A DNA stretch of 63,218 nt, counting the filler, from Asterionella formosa (Eukaryota): NCBI GenBank assembly GCA_002256025.1. It is 10 parts of 10 records of this genome, joined end to end, with 100 filler letters (N's around TTAATTAATTAA, not from the genome) between each part and the next. Parts side by side here need not be neighbours in the genome. Positions count along the whole stretch, not along the records: positions 1 to 25,094 come from NKIB01002077.1; 9 more parts are not named here. One strand, given 5' to 3'. Numbering within the stretch: the first letter of the stretch is position 1; each line of letters begins with the position of its first letter. Position numbers and translations under genes: made by a program. The notes beneath the pieces were generated by a model. It did no database searches and was not told the DNA's origin. It saw only the letters and a program-made list of their open reading frames with translations. Shown here one piece after another: positions 1-11,940 of this stretch.

Positions 1-39
1 GGTACTATAAATCTGATTTTTCTATAGGGAGAGAAAGAT

Positions 40-125
40 TGGGTAATTGCTCAGTTGGTTGGACACATGGCTTGTTTGTCTTTGATTTGAAGGCGGTGTG
101 TGGTTCGATTCCCGCAATTGTTGGG
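40..125 (+). other. tRNA-like sequence (pseudo-tRNA or tRNA-derived SINE head)
   Basis: A-box-like TTGCTCAGTTGGTT (47-60) and B-box GGTTCGATTCC (102-112) at near-tRNA spacing; T and acceptor stems do not pair properly. Confidence 0.4.
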
Positions 126-229
126 TTTGACTCCCTCGCTCCTCACTGTCCCGAGCCGTCTTGTCTGGTGGTGTGCGAGGAAAAATGGGTTGCGAGTCTC
201 TCCTAATGCTGCTGCTACTAAGATGATCA

Positions 230-1975
230 CATTTCACGAAAGATGGTTGGGGACTCCCTATGCTATCAAAGCTATGGAAGCACACAGACTTGTTGGCAGG
301 CCATCATGCCATGAAATTCCATAGGATATAATGATAGTAGAACAATCATGGTAACTTGCTTGGAAGGAAGACTGTTGCTTTGAGGAATGAAACCATTAAA
401 TATCCGGCAGCATGGTCCTTGGAGTAAGTACTGCAAGGCCAACAACCGTAGAATGTATATGAAACCACATGTAATCTATTCATATTATACTTATTATGGT
501 GACATGTTGCATTCTGTTTCCCGAAAATATTTGAGTGACTGGCTGATATAAAACGCACAGCATTTGGCGATATGTGCATGTATGACGCTATCAATAGAGA
601 TATATAAAATTTTAGAGTACGCTTTAATGAAGCTCGACTACTACGATTGTGGAGATTCATGGGTCGCACTGCCGAAGCGGCGCAAAGCGCCCCTCAGAAG
701 CAGAGTGAAATTAAATAATATCAGTTGGGCGGCGGGGTTGTGTGCGCTGCACTAGATATTGGGTGGTAGTGCCCCAACGCTGTTTATCACGGGCTATTTG
801 ACCTTTCAAACGAGTTTGCCCAGCTCTGTCCATGGCGAGCCAGGCCTCCATGATTGTAGATTGGTGAGGTAGAAATATTTGTTGAGAGAGGAGCGGGAAG
901 GCCAAAGAGATGACTTGTGTTGTTTGTGGGCATTCAACGTCTGCTGTATGCTGTATGTGATAAGTTATCCGCCTGTATATTGAGTTTCACAGGGAGAGAA
1001 AGGTATGGGTATGGAATTGGATAGGAATCTTGGTGACTTTTCACATGTACCACTTCAAGTGGGACTGAAATAGTGAGGAGAACACTCTGGGCAGTGTGAA
1101 TGAGGTCCCAGCTGGGGATAATGCAAGCTCCAAAAGAATAAGAGTGTGATTTGAGCAGAAGACAACCCCTTATTGTCAACATAAGCAGTCCCATTGAGTG
1201 GAGGGTATATGAGTAGTTGATTATAACAAAGGTAAGAAGAGCAGCACATAGTGCATTAGGTGCTCCCAGAAACCCATCACATTTGGTGCGGAAAGAGGTG
1301 ACAGGTGCTGTGGCCATACCGTTGGTGGTGTTGTAGCCATAGAGTTGACTGCCGCTAGTGCGGCTGTGTATAATCCAGAAGAACGAGCCGCTCTGCCTGG
1401 GAGTGAACTGAGCTGTCAGTTGCTGTGGGCAAGCATTTTTAGGGATAGTGAATGTTGCCTAGATAATAGGTTTCCGACTCAGGGAGGTGAGCTAGATACT
1501 CTTGGAGGGTGGTAGTAGGAGGAGAGGGAAAGGCAGGGCAATTGAGGAGAGAGCAGCTAATGTGCTAGAATCTGGGGATGGGCGGGGTCACCAGCGAGTG
1601 ACTGTAATGGGTACGCTGGTCCTTGTAATTGTGTCAACGAATTGATTCAAGACTGGAGAAAGGGTTGACGGATGGTTTGGCGGTTAGGTGAGTACAAAAT
1701 GGGATCTTGGTGGAGTCTATAATAAAAGATGTTAGTTGCCAGATCGAGATAGGCGGGACAGCACTGTTGGGAGGGATTCCCAGGGAACCATTGGCGGAGA
1801 TGTACTGGTAGCGTTTGCCAGTTCTGTAATGAAAAGGTCTGTCAGGACCCTGCGCCAGAGTGTCCAGCTGGTTGAACAGGGGCAGACCTGCCTGTTTGGG
1901 TCACTGCAGCCCAAGTGCTGATACTCCCTAGGTCTGGAGGTTTGGTTCCTCAACCAGAAAGTACAAAATATGGAA
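230..1975 (-). pseudogene. Decayed non-LTR retrotransposon (LINE) ORF2 C-terminal region with RNase H
   Basis: ORF 934-1317 has SFRTKCDG..., HVKSHQD and LNIQADNL, matching the LINE RNase H motifs HVKxHQD and LNxxAD; neighbouring WRRVL and HDGLPT motifs lie in broken frames. Confidence 0.75.
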
Positions 1976-2721
1976 GTCCCTGCACTGTCAAAAGGTCTGC
2001 AAATAAAAACTATCATATTTCCATGATGCATCATAGGATTGTGATCATCTGATCATAATATTTCGTTATATCATCTAATAATTTTGATAAATGCCTTTGT
2101 AATTTAAATAGCAACCCTTTTGACCACATATATTTAAATATTATATGTATTGTTTCTATTTGATTCCTTTATTAGAATTTCTTGGTAGGATAATGTACCA
2201 CTTCAAGTAATGTAATTGGGCTCGTCATTTCCATCCATCATCACTCCGATTTTTGCGACAACAACGAAATACTAGCGACGACAAGCGGAATGAATGTTTG
2301 CGATAACGTCTTCAATTGGTTGGTCAAGTGATCATTATATCTTCGAGTAATCGTCATGTGCAGTGAACCTTTGTTCATAATCATTCAATTAAGAGTTTAC
2401 AGGAGAGAAGAAATCATTCGAACTCGTAATGGTTCCGCACACAGCGCACATTGTGAATCCGTTTCGTCGACTTCAGCATGACAATTTCGCCAATCAACCC
2501 GAAAACAAACACATTCTACTTGCTCTCGTTGACATTTTCAATTCTCACATGATACTACATCTACTACCGGGTATTGAGATTCAGCATAGAAGGAGATACG
2601 AAAATGTGCGTAACAGACTACTGTCCACATAGCTATAGTTTTAGAATGATTCTGATTAGAACGCATTTCATTTTCATATCGCTCGCTCGTTTCTGCATTT
2701 GGTATACTGTACTTAAATTAA

Positions 2722-3150
2722 CTATTGAACTTGTCCGCATCTTTGATACCATCAAGAGAGCGAAAGCAAGTGGCTCTCTTCATTGTTGTTTGCTTGTAGG
2801 AAAAATTTGATATCTGTATCGTCATTTTCTTGTTGGAATGGTCCGTTGCCTCATGCCTCTTTGGCGTGTGCGTGCACACACTGTCGACTTGTTTTCAATG
2901 GTATGTTGTTCTTGTATTCACTGTTGAACTTGTCCGCATCTTTGTTAACATCAATAGAGCTACAAGTGGGTCTCTTCATTGTTGTTTGCTCCTGGAAAAG
3001 TCGGTGTCCATGTCATCCTCATCAATAAAGAGACAAGTTCTTTTGCTGGAAAAATTGGTACTCGTGGTATCATCATTCGCTCGTTGGAACCACTGTCTGT
3101 TGCCTCAAACCTGATTAGCGTGTGAGTACCGGCATGTGCACTGTCGACTT
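2722..3150. repeat. Diverged ~200-bp tandem duplication
   Basis: TTGAACTTGTCCGCATCTTTG...CTCTTCATTGTTGTTTGCT...CACTGTCGACTT occurs near 2725 and near 2924. Confidence 0.8.
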
Positions 3151-3783
3151 TAGTACATTACAGGCGGAGTGACTTTGCTACTAAATTGCGTGATATAAAA
3201 ATATACCCTGTAGCCCCATGCAGAATAAAGATGCTTCCCAATCATCTCATCATGATTGATAAGATGATACTGTGATATCATGATAAGGTTACATCGATTC
3301 ATACATCACCAAAGTATGATACGTAATATTGAATAAAGTACATCACATAGCTATGATACATTGATCATAAAACTATGATGGTTTTTTACATTGATCATAA
3401 AACTATGATGATTTTATAAAATGTTTATGATATAATTTTGATCAAAATATGATTATGTTAAAATTGTACAATGACAATAAAGTACGATAAAATATGTACG
3501 CAAGTATTACCAAGATATCATAGAAAATAAATCAAGCAATCATAAAGTATGTTAATTAATATATATGTTTGTCGTTCAACGTATACAGTTAAAGTCAACA
3601 GTTATTATGATAGTATTATACAGTGGATAGGATCTAAGTATACAGATGCGTTGATATGTACATCACTATAATATGATTTGTGACATGGATTGATGCATAT
3701 CACATACCGGCATCCTCAACAACCAGCCATCACGGTCACTGTCGTGTCTTCTTTCGTTGTTTTAGCTATATATATGCCGGCAT

Positions 3784-4473
3784 GTGTATTGTGTAAACAA
3801 TACGCTGGCGGAACATGCATATTACACTGTGCTCTGTTCAACAATTGCTACACTCGGTTACCATCAAACCAGTTCCACCTCCACAAGCTTCGCAAAAAGC
3901 TCCGCGAAAAGCTCCGCGTTTCCCTTCCACTGTTTTACATCATTGTCTTCTGGCCCTTTGACAAAACAAAGCAGAGAAACTATTGCATTTCTAAAAGAAC
4001 AGATATTCAAGAAAAAGTCTGAGCTAGATCAAGACCTCGAATTCAAGAAGATCAATGCAGACAGAGATGTGATGACTATGCTGGCTAAGGCAGTTGAGGC
4101 TCTGATTAGGGAACGAAGTCAGAAACACAAAAATGAATCTTTTTCCAAATCATACATGGAAGAAAAAGAATTTCTTTGTAAAATCATTGAAAACAATCCA
4201 GAAGGCAGCTACTTTTGTGAAAAGTCGGCATGTAAAATGTGTAGAGTTATTATGCCAAAGCAAACTGCATTTTCCTTGAGTTTGCCGAAATCGCATGGAC
4301 AACTAAATTGTGGAAAGAGTTGTACACTAGTACCCCGCAAGATATATGCAATTACGTCTCTTTATTTTATGGAGTCAAAGGTATCAAAAATTCATCTTCA
4401 GATTTTAAAAGATCTTGCATATTGGGACCTTGAAACAATTACCTCGCTCTATGATCCATTATATAATTTATGA
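3784..4473 (+). CDS. Uncharacterised ORF, coiled-coil plus Cys cluster, probably TE-associated
   Basis: 229-aa open frame in AT-rich DNA with CEKSACKMC and CGKSC; no family recognised. Confidence 0.25.
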   Translation: MYCVNNTLAEHAYYTVLCSTIATLGYHQTSSTSTSFAKSSAKSSAFPFHCFTSLSSGPLTKQSRETIAFLKEQIFKKKSELDQDLEFKKINADRDVMTMLAKAVEALIRERSQKHKNESFSKSYMEEKEFLCKIIENNPEGSYFCEKSACKMCRVIMPKQTAFSLSLPKSHGQLNCGKSCTLVPRKIYAITSLYFMESKVSKIHLQILKDLAYWDLETITSLYDPLYNL

Positions 4474-5287
4474 AGTTCATCCAAGTGATCTAAAGGTTAT
4501 ATTTGATCTGGATGAGAACCCAGAAAACGGCAATAATAATCCATATATATACCAAGGTGATTGTCATCCACTTCATCAAGAAAGTAACAATGTGCTAATT
4601 GTGTATTGAAAAGATCAGATGAGGAGGAAAACAATCATTTTGTGCATTATCTTTTTGCATGTTCACATCAAAACTTTTTTGTCTTGAAAATAAAACTCAC
4701 AACCTTTGTGACAATTGATAGTTCAATTAATTTTTAGCTAAGCGAGAACGACGTTCTGATAAGGCTGCTGAAATGGAATAGTCTTGATAACCTCGTATGG
4801 ACGAGTTTTGAACCGAATTACGACCTTTGTAGTGATTGAGTTCATTGACCAATTGATAATATCCTTTGGCAAGTGCAAAATTTTTTCCCTCAGTTTTTCA
4901 TGTACTTGTTGGTCCGTGCGATTAGAAAATTTATGATATGGTACCATGTCGTCCATCTGCATCCGGGAGTTATTAATGGTATCATCGACAGAAGCCAATT
5001 TTCTTGTATCAATAACTGAAGTAAAAACGTCATCATTGCTGTCAGTATCAATTACGGGATCCTTTGTACTAGTAGCTGATGGTGTCCCCATTGACGATGG
5101 GGTATTACCCCCAACGTCTCCCAATTGCCGATTGGGTTGCTTTGGATAATCGCCTATTCGCTTTTTCTTTGTTAACTCATTTTGGATCTTGCTTCTTTGT
5201 TCCATACCGACAGTGTTTGCCACATGTCGCTTGTTTGTTCCATGAACCTCTTTAAGGTTTTATGAAGACATTGTACTACTTGATAAC

Positions 5288-6654
5288 TGTTGTCGTTGTC
5301 TTCCTTAAAGTTCGATGATCTTAAATTCATTTACTGACCCGCATGGTGTTCTGTTGCTTGCTTATTACTCCGACTATTGGTTTTTAGTTTTACGATCATA
5401 CAATCCTAAAACTATGATGATTTACTGTCCCGGTGCAGTAGCAGCAGTCATAGACATTTGGTGTTCTATTGCTTGCTTATTACTCCGACTATTGGTTTTT
5501 AGTTTCACGATCATACGATCCTAAAACTATGATGATTTACTGTTCCAATGCAGTAGCAACCGTCCTGAACATATGATGTTCTATTGAATTTTAGTTTTAC
5601 GATCATACGATCCTAAAACTATGATGATTTACTGTCCCACTGCAGTAGCAACAGTCCTGAACATATGGTGTTCTATTGGTTTTTACTTTTACGATGATAC
5701 AATCCTAAAACTATGATGATTTACTGTCCCACTGCAGTAGCAACAGTTCTGAACATATGGTGTTCTGTTGCTAGATTACTACTCCGACTACCCCCAGTAT
5801 ATCACTTACTACCTGCTACTAGTACTCTGTATATATATATGATTTATTGTTATTGTCATATGATGTACCGGTACACATGAAGTGCTCCCGCCCAAAAAAG
5901 GGGCTTAAACAATTTGCTATCAAAACCCTGGCGGTTATGACTTACACCAAGTGAATGGTCTAAATAATTAGTTTCAACGGACGTAGAAAATATTGATGCA
6001 AAAAAATTACAGAAATAATACCGGTACAGGTAGTCGTGGAAAACAATGGACATATAGTGCATTGAGTATTTTCGAATTATGTATATGCGAGTATGATCAT
6101 CTCAACCATATCAGATGTTCCATATCGAGAGCGCCTTTGAATTTTATAAATGTATAACACTTCATATATATATATATATTTACAAATTTTATTACTATAT
6201 TCATGGCATATATATTTTTGAAATTGTTCTGTCATGTTAACAAACAATGCCTGCTGCTTCATGAAAAGATAGGTCGTAGTAAAGCACATGACAAGAAAAA
6301 AGGTTTACGCAATACATAACGAAAAACATTGTGGCTTCGACACATTACGCCTTCGAAGGATGGAGCATGTTGAAGGTAATGAAGCCATCAATGTGGTACT
6401 TGGATAACAATCGTTGGGAGGCAGGCAGTACAACAACAAATTGTTAACGAAACGCACATTTCCTTTTTTCTCAGTTGATTCAACAGCTCGTTTCGCTTGT
6501 TGGGGAGCACCAATGTAAAACAAAACCAAGTTGCGTAAGTGCTCTTGTCGCTCGTTGGACCTATTCATTTCTTTTGGAACAAAACTGACAAAACGTTTAC
6601 CTTCTCTCAAAGTTAAGCTGACAAAAATGAATCGGTAAGTTTTATTCGACAACA
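5288..6654. mobile_element. 1.37-kb non-coding interspersed element (solo LTR or MITE-like) with 8-bp terminal inverted repeats
   Basis: Starts TGTTGTCG (5288) and ends CGACAACA (6654). An inverted second copy lies at 56837-58180 and homology stops at the TGTTG end. No clean TSD. Confidence 0.8.
5345..5790. repeat. ~92-bp tandem repeat array (4-5 degenerate units) inside the 1.37-kb element
   Basis: ATCCTAAAACTATGATGATTTACTGTCCCACTGCAGTAGCAACAGTCCTGAACATATGGTGTTCT recurs near 5403, 5518, 5610 and 5702. Confidence 0.9.
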
Positions 6655-7464
6655 TTGGATACCCGAAACTTACTTATTCAAGAATTTACTGACCAGTTAC
6701 TGTTACAGACTTATGCATCAGTTGCATTGATTTGTGGTAAGTGCAGCAAGAGGATACGATGGAATTGCGTGTTCTTGTGTCAATGTAACATGACTAGCTA
6801 ACAAATCATTCCTTCTCATTGTTACTGTAACTGCATGCATAGGAAAATAAAAGCAATCAAACAACGGAATAGTCGGCAAGTTCAGAATGACACTTACAGC
6901 AGGGAAAGAGACGCAGCATCAGTAAGGCACTGCCTCGCACACGATTCAGAAAAGAGGAAGAAATTGGCAAGACAGGAACAATATTCATTGAGCCGAGCAG
7001 AGAGAGAAACGTTGGGTCCCTGGCATGTAGATTAATTGATAGCATTGCTTAGTTTGATAGTTAAATTACAATCCATTTCAATCTATTTTTTACAATGCTT
7101 GTGATTAGAGTTATGATCATATTTACGATAGATTTACGATGAAACAATTCACATGATAGCATAGAGTTGAGCTACTTTTAGGATACGTTGTAGTTATAAT
7201 TTACATCGGGGGATCACGAGAAGTGAAAATAATACGAGAAGGTTTATGATATTGATGGGAAATGTTGTTGATCAGTTTCTATACATTGTGTGACGATTAT
7301 GTTCTTATTATCATTATACTTCAAGGTCGGTAAAATATTAATAAATCATCTTAGTTACAAGCTACCTTGATCATATTTTTGATCCAAAAATTATCATATA
7401 TACGAAAATCCTGTGCCACTTAGCGTACGATACCCTTGATCCTATATGCATGATACTTTTTATT

Positions 7465-7690
7465 TGCAGACGAACTATGTCAGACAAAGTCAGAACTTGT
7501 AGATCAAGCCGAAAGCTATTGATTTTATTTAGTTCCGCTGAGGAAAAAAAGGGACCAGAGGCTAAGGCGCGCAGCAACTGCTGGCATCAGGCAGCAGTCG
7601 TTAACTCAAACAAGAGGAAGTGTCCCCGGATTAGTAAGTGTGATGTAGCCATGAACTTCAGTCAGGAAGAACCAAGTGGAGGTTAGTCAG
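7465..7690 (-). pseudogene. Short LINE ORF2 fragment
   Basis: ELNKINSFRLDLQVLTLSDIV resembles the IN.CR.YLQV.TLSDI motif downstream of RT in diatom LINEs. Confidence 0.55.
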
Positions 7691-8789
7691 GAGGCTTCGG
7701 TATGAAAGAATAAAATATTTGAATAAAAGTGTCGGAAAATGCATAAAACGTCAGTCAGACAAGGAGTTCGTGATCATTTCCGTGATGCAAAGTTTTTATT
7801 TGTGTAAAGAACACCAAGCAAAGTATTGATGAATGGCTAAAGTATGTCTGTAGTAAACTATCAAATGACCTTATCAAGATTCCATAGAAATATGGAACAC
7901 AACAATTGGTGCTTACATGAAACTCACTACAAAATTGATGTAGAGGTATTTCTTGCATCTTGAAATGTTTTACCCTCTCCGAGAATACTGTCACTCAAGT
8001 TTTCTCATCTATTTCTAGAAAACATAGAAGACCTTATCTAGTCAAAGTTATCAAGCTAATCATCACGGACTCAACCTTGTCTCGTGTTTGGTCATATCTT
8101 CAAAAAAAGAGCAAATGATGACCAAAACCAACTTCCAGGACCGATTTTAACTTTTTGTTGTCAATACTAGTGCAAAAATTATATGGTTGAACGATAATCT
8201 TGTCTATGTTAGTCTACATACACATGCGAGATAGGAATTTTCATTGTCCGTATTTTTGAAGATATTCAACTCCATCCTCATTTCATTATGGTAAAGACGG
8301 AGTTGCTGTCTCATTGACCCCATACCACAGCCAGCTGTACAAACTCACATGCAAGTACTGGTAGTACCCACCAGTAGCATGTATACCAAGCATATATAAT
8401 ATGTAACGCTATAAACATGTGTTGTACCAGCCAGCAGTTGGAATTCACATGTAACCCTGTAGGTCTGTCATTACTACTACTAGGCAATTAAAGACCACAT
8501 CATACTACATATCGGAATCCACAAATACAAAGAAATGTCTAGCTCTTCCAAGTCATCTCACAATTACTCCTCTTCTGAGGAGGATGATAGCATCTTGGAA
8601 AGTTCAGGAGATAGTTTGTCAGATGATAGTGCTTCCTCTTCTGGGAAAAACTGGGTAGATCCCAGTCTTGTTTCCATTATGCTGCCATTGTCACCTGCAG
8701 GCGACACTCCAGCATACACTGACCAATTTCCCCTTCCCCTTGGCGACACTCCTTGGTGCTGGGAACCGGACTCACCAGACTTTATCATG

Positions 8790-10038
8790 CAGACAATGAC
8801 TGGTTATACTTTTGATTGTCGCAAGGCTGTCAAGAAGATTTGGCCAAATGACGAATTTACATTTGTTATGTGCTCATATCATGCCTGGAATGCATGGGTA
8901 AAGAAGCATAGAGGAAATTTCAAGAAATACGACAAAAACAAGAAGAGAATGGGTGGAGACTTTGAGGCGTAAAAACAAGTCCCTGGATATAGCTAGTTCC
9001 AATCCTTCGCGATTTGATGATTTTCAAGTGGATCAACACATAAAAGGAAAAGAAAGTTGCAACTGCATGGTTGAAACAATGGGGTCCTACCATTCACACC
9101 AGAATTGAACTGAGCAGTTCCAATCTATTACGTGGTGGTTTGCCTGCACACAACAACAATTCAGAGGGTATCAACAGTGGTGATACATCATTCTTTGACC
9201 ACAGGAAGCCTTTAACGGCTAACTTCATTCATAACAGGTCTTATATGTTAGAGGATCGTTCCAAAGGGGATCTATCATTTTGCTCCACTTCACACTCATC
9301 GGTAGTACATTCGATCAGTTTCTACAAGTCGATTTATAAGCTTCTTCAGAAAAACCAAAATGAAGAAGCTACATTTCTCACAGTGACATTTGATCTCAAG
9401 TGGAGTGACGCAATTAGAATCGGAGAGGGTTCATTGTTGATTGTGACATCGTCATTTGTGGACCTAAATATTATGTCTTCTATGCAAACAATGCAATCCC
9501 TGAATACTGCAACTGCATTGTCACAGCACAGTCAACTATTCCGATCTCGAAAGAGATATCGTTATATCAGTAACACAGAATCAGTACCTGCCCTAACTGT
9601 TATGCCATTGATGAAGAAGAACAAAATGCATGATGAGTACAAGCGCCTTCTCCGAAATCCTGAACAGTATTCTGATAACAACACATTTGATGATGTCCTT
9701 TCTCTCCTCACCCACAGGTTGCACCTTCTTAAACCTATTGTGTCCAAGAGTGAAACCGATGATATTGCTCTAACTAAATTTTTAGGAATTTTGGGAGCGT
9801 GTGGATTGGGACCCAGTTCGATTATAGCTTGAAAGCAATGGGCAATGAAGGCCTCATATCTTGCCATTGCCACACGTATTTAGCAAATGCTTGGTGTAAA
9901 CATGTATTTGATTTTGCATTTGACCGTGGAATTATTTTTACCTTTCCGAAGACAAAGCATCCAAAGCCTAGTACTAAGAATAAAGTTTCTGGACAATTCA
10001 AAAATGCGAAACGTGGAGGTAACTTAGATATTGAATGA
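8790..10038 (+). pseudogene. MULE/Mutator-like transposase remnant with SWIM zinc finger
   Basis: AVKKIWP...MCSYH (CxxH), HNNNSEGIN (catalytic E region) and CHCHTYLANAWCKH (SWIM CxCx8CxH) are spread over three frames. Confidence 0.7.
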
Positions 10039-10440
10039 TGACTATTTTTAGAAAAGAACGAGTAGTGATTATAATAGTTATCATTACTAGATAGTAGGAA
10101 TATCATTAGTTTTCCTATGTCTAACAAACTCATCCATGGCACACTTAATAGATGCAAATATGAATCTTTGCGCTTTGTCGTATTCAAAGCTTATCACTCC
10201 ATATGCAATCGTTTTCGTTTGTTGAGCCAAGTTGGTTGTAATCACTGGAAAAACGCCGTTTCCGTCTTGTGTCAGTCTGTAAGATGCATCGGCAGCAAAG
10301 AAGATTGGATTGCCTCAGAACTGCTGTCTGTATGCATTCAGCAATAGATTCTCGGTTCGTCTGTGAATAGATTTTCCATTAGATCTAACGTTTTACTCAG
10401 CATACATTGAAAAACTGATTGATTATTCAAATATTTTGAC

Positions 10441-10865
10441 ATGTAGATGATAATTTTGATATATCAACGGCCGTGTCTGTATGATCAATCAAATATGTAC
10501 GTTAGGTAACTACCATACACACATTAGGTTATGCATATATAAGAACTTTTATATATTAGTTACCAACTCTAATCGGTTAATCAAAATTGTTGATATATTG
10601 ATCAAATGGATTAGTTACCAACTCTAATCGGTTAATCAAAATTGTTGATATATTGATCAAATGGTTTGTTATGTTGATGATAATTTTGATCTATCAATGA
10701 CCGTGTCGGTGTGGTCAATCAAATTTGTTTGTCAGATTGTTTTCTTACACACGTCAGGTTACGCATAGATAGAAGTCATATATATATATTATATAAATAT
10801 ATATATATTAGTTATCAAAACTAATTTGCTGACCAAATGTTTGGATATATTGATACGTTGTTTGA
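10441..10865. repeat. Nested tandem duplications (exact ~54-bp pair within a ~230-bp diverged pair)
   Basis: TTAGTTACCAACTCTAATCGGTTAATCAAAATTGTTGATATATTGATCAAATGG at 10556 and 10611; GATGATAATTTTGAT..CCGTGTC near 10446 and 10676. Confidence 0.85.
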
Positions 10866-11339
10866 TTGATCAATAGCTGTTGCTCTTTGATCAATTATTG
10901 TTTTAGCGAAGGTTATGGCTTAACACAGATCACCTTGCATGTATGTAAACCTTGTACCCAACGATGCTATCAGAATGCATTCAGTGCAACGACGGTGCGT
11001 TCCTTGTTGCCGTTCCGATTTGAATGCTCTACCTGTACATGCTTTGATGCAACTCTTGTACCGGTAGTATTTGTCAGTTTCTCACCATTCGCATATCAGT
11101 AATCGAATTTCTTACAAGCCATGTGCGTTCGTTGAATCCCTTAAGAGCTACCTTCTTGCGGGGACGACGATGATCTCAGTCTTATAACGATTGATACGGT
11201 CTCGATATTGATGGGGAATTATGCGGGCGAAGTTTGATTGTTTGTTTGTTACTCGTAATCAAAATTTTTGGTCAATTTATATGACAAAATTGGAGAACGA
11301 TTCATTGAAGGCCATACCTAATTCCAATTCCAACCGAAA

Positions 11340-11740
11340 TCAAGAAGATAATACCTTTTGATCATAATTCGCCCATTGCGAAAATCCATCCATATTTCGA
11401 ATCTGCTCTTCAAGATGAGATGTGGATCAAATTGAAGATGGACCAGATGGAGGCGCAGTTTGTTGCTCATGTCCTTAATCATGGGTCTTCCATTCTCATT
11501 GACTAGCTATTGGCGAGAACGTTTGCATGCTGCAGAGTTAGAGCCACAACATCACTAATCAGGAAGTAGATTCATTTCATTCAGGAAATAGTAGCATCAG
11601 ATGAACCATGAATAGCAGGGGGTTCGAAAGAACAATCGTAACTTTGCTTAATAACATTGTACTATCCCATTGTTTTAAGAAATCTCTTTATCGGCAACAT
11701 CAGAGGCACTATATAGGACAGCCTAACCCCATTGCCACAC
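11340..11740 (-). pseudogene. Possible LINE ORF2 extreme C-terminal remnant
   Basis: Minus strand reads EI(W)..FRNGRI, similar to the Q.EIGW..F.RGRI motif; heavily decayed. Confidence 0.35.
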
Positions 11741-11940
11741 ATATACTTTCCACAAAGTGACCAATATATTTATATAGCTTATATATAAGTAGTGTAGCAT
11801 GTCCCACATAGTTTCACCTACGTGGAAAAGTGAAAAGCATACCGGTACTTAGCTACCGGTACTACATACAAAAGTGTACCACGGGCCTGCTGGACCTGCG
11901 TACCGGTAGTGCTCTGGTTGAAAGGTACCCCCTTTCCACC

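Noticed and set aside
728..756. Helitron 3' end (hairpin plus CTAG)
   Set aside because: CTAG is followed by A rather than T and fits the LINE codons for YLVQ on the other strand
4738..5223. 161-aa minus-strand ORF
   Set aside because: No recognisable motif and no ATG start; likely a decayed fragment
5345..5790. CRISPR-like periodic array
   Set aside because: Whole ~92-bp units repeat with no unique spacers, there are no cas genes, and the context is eukaryotic
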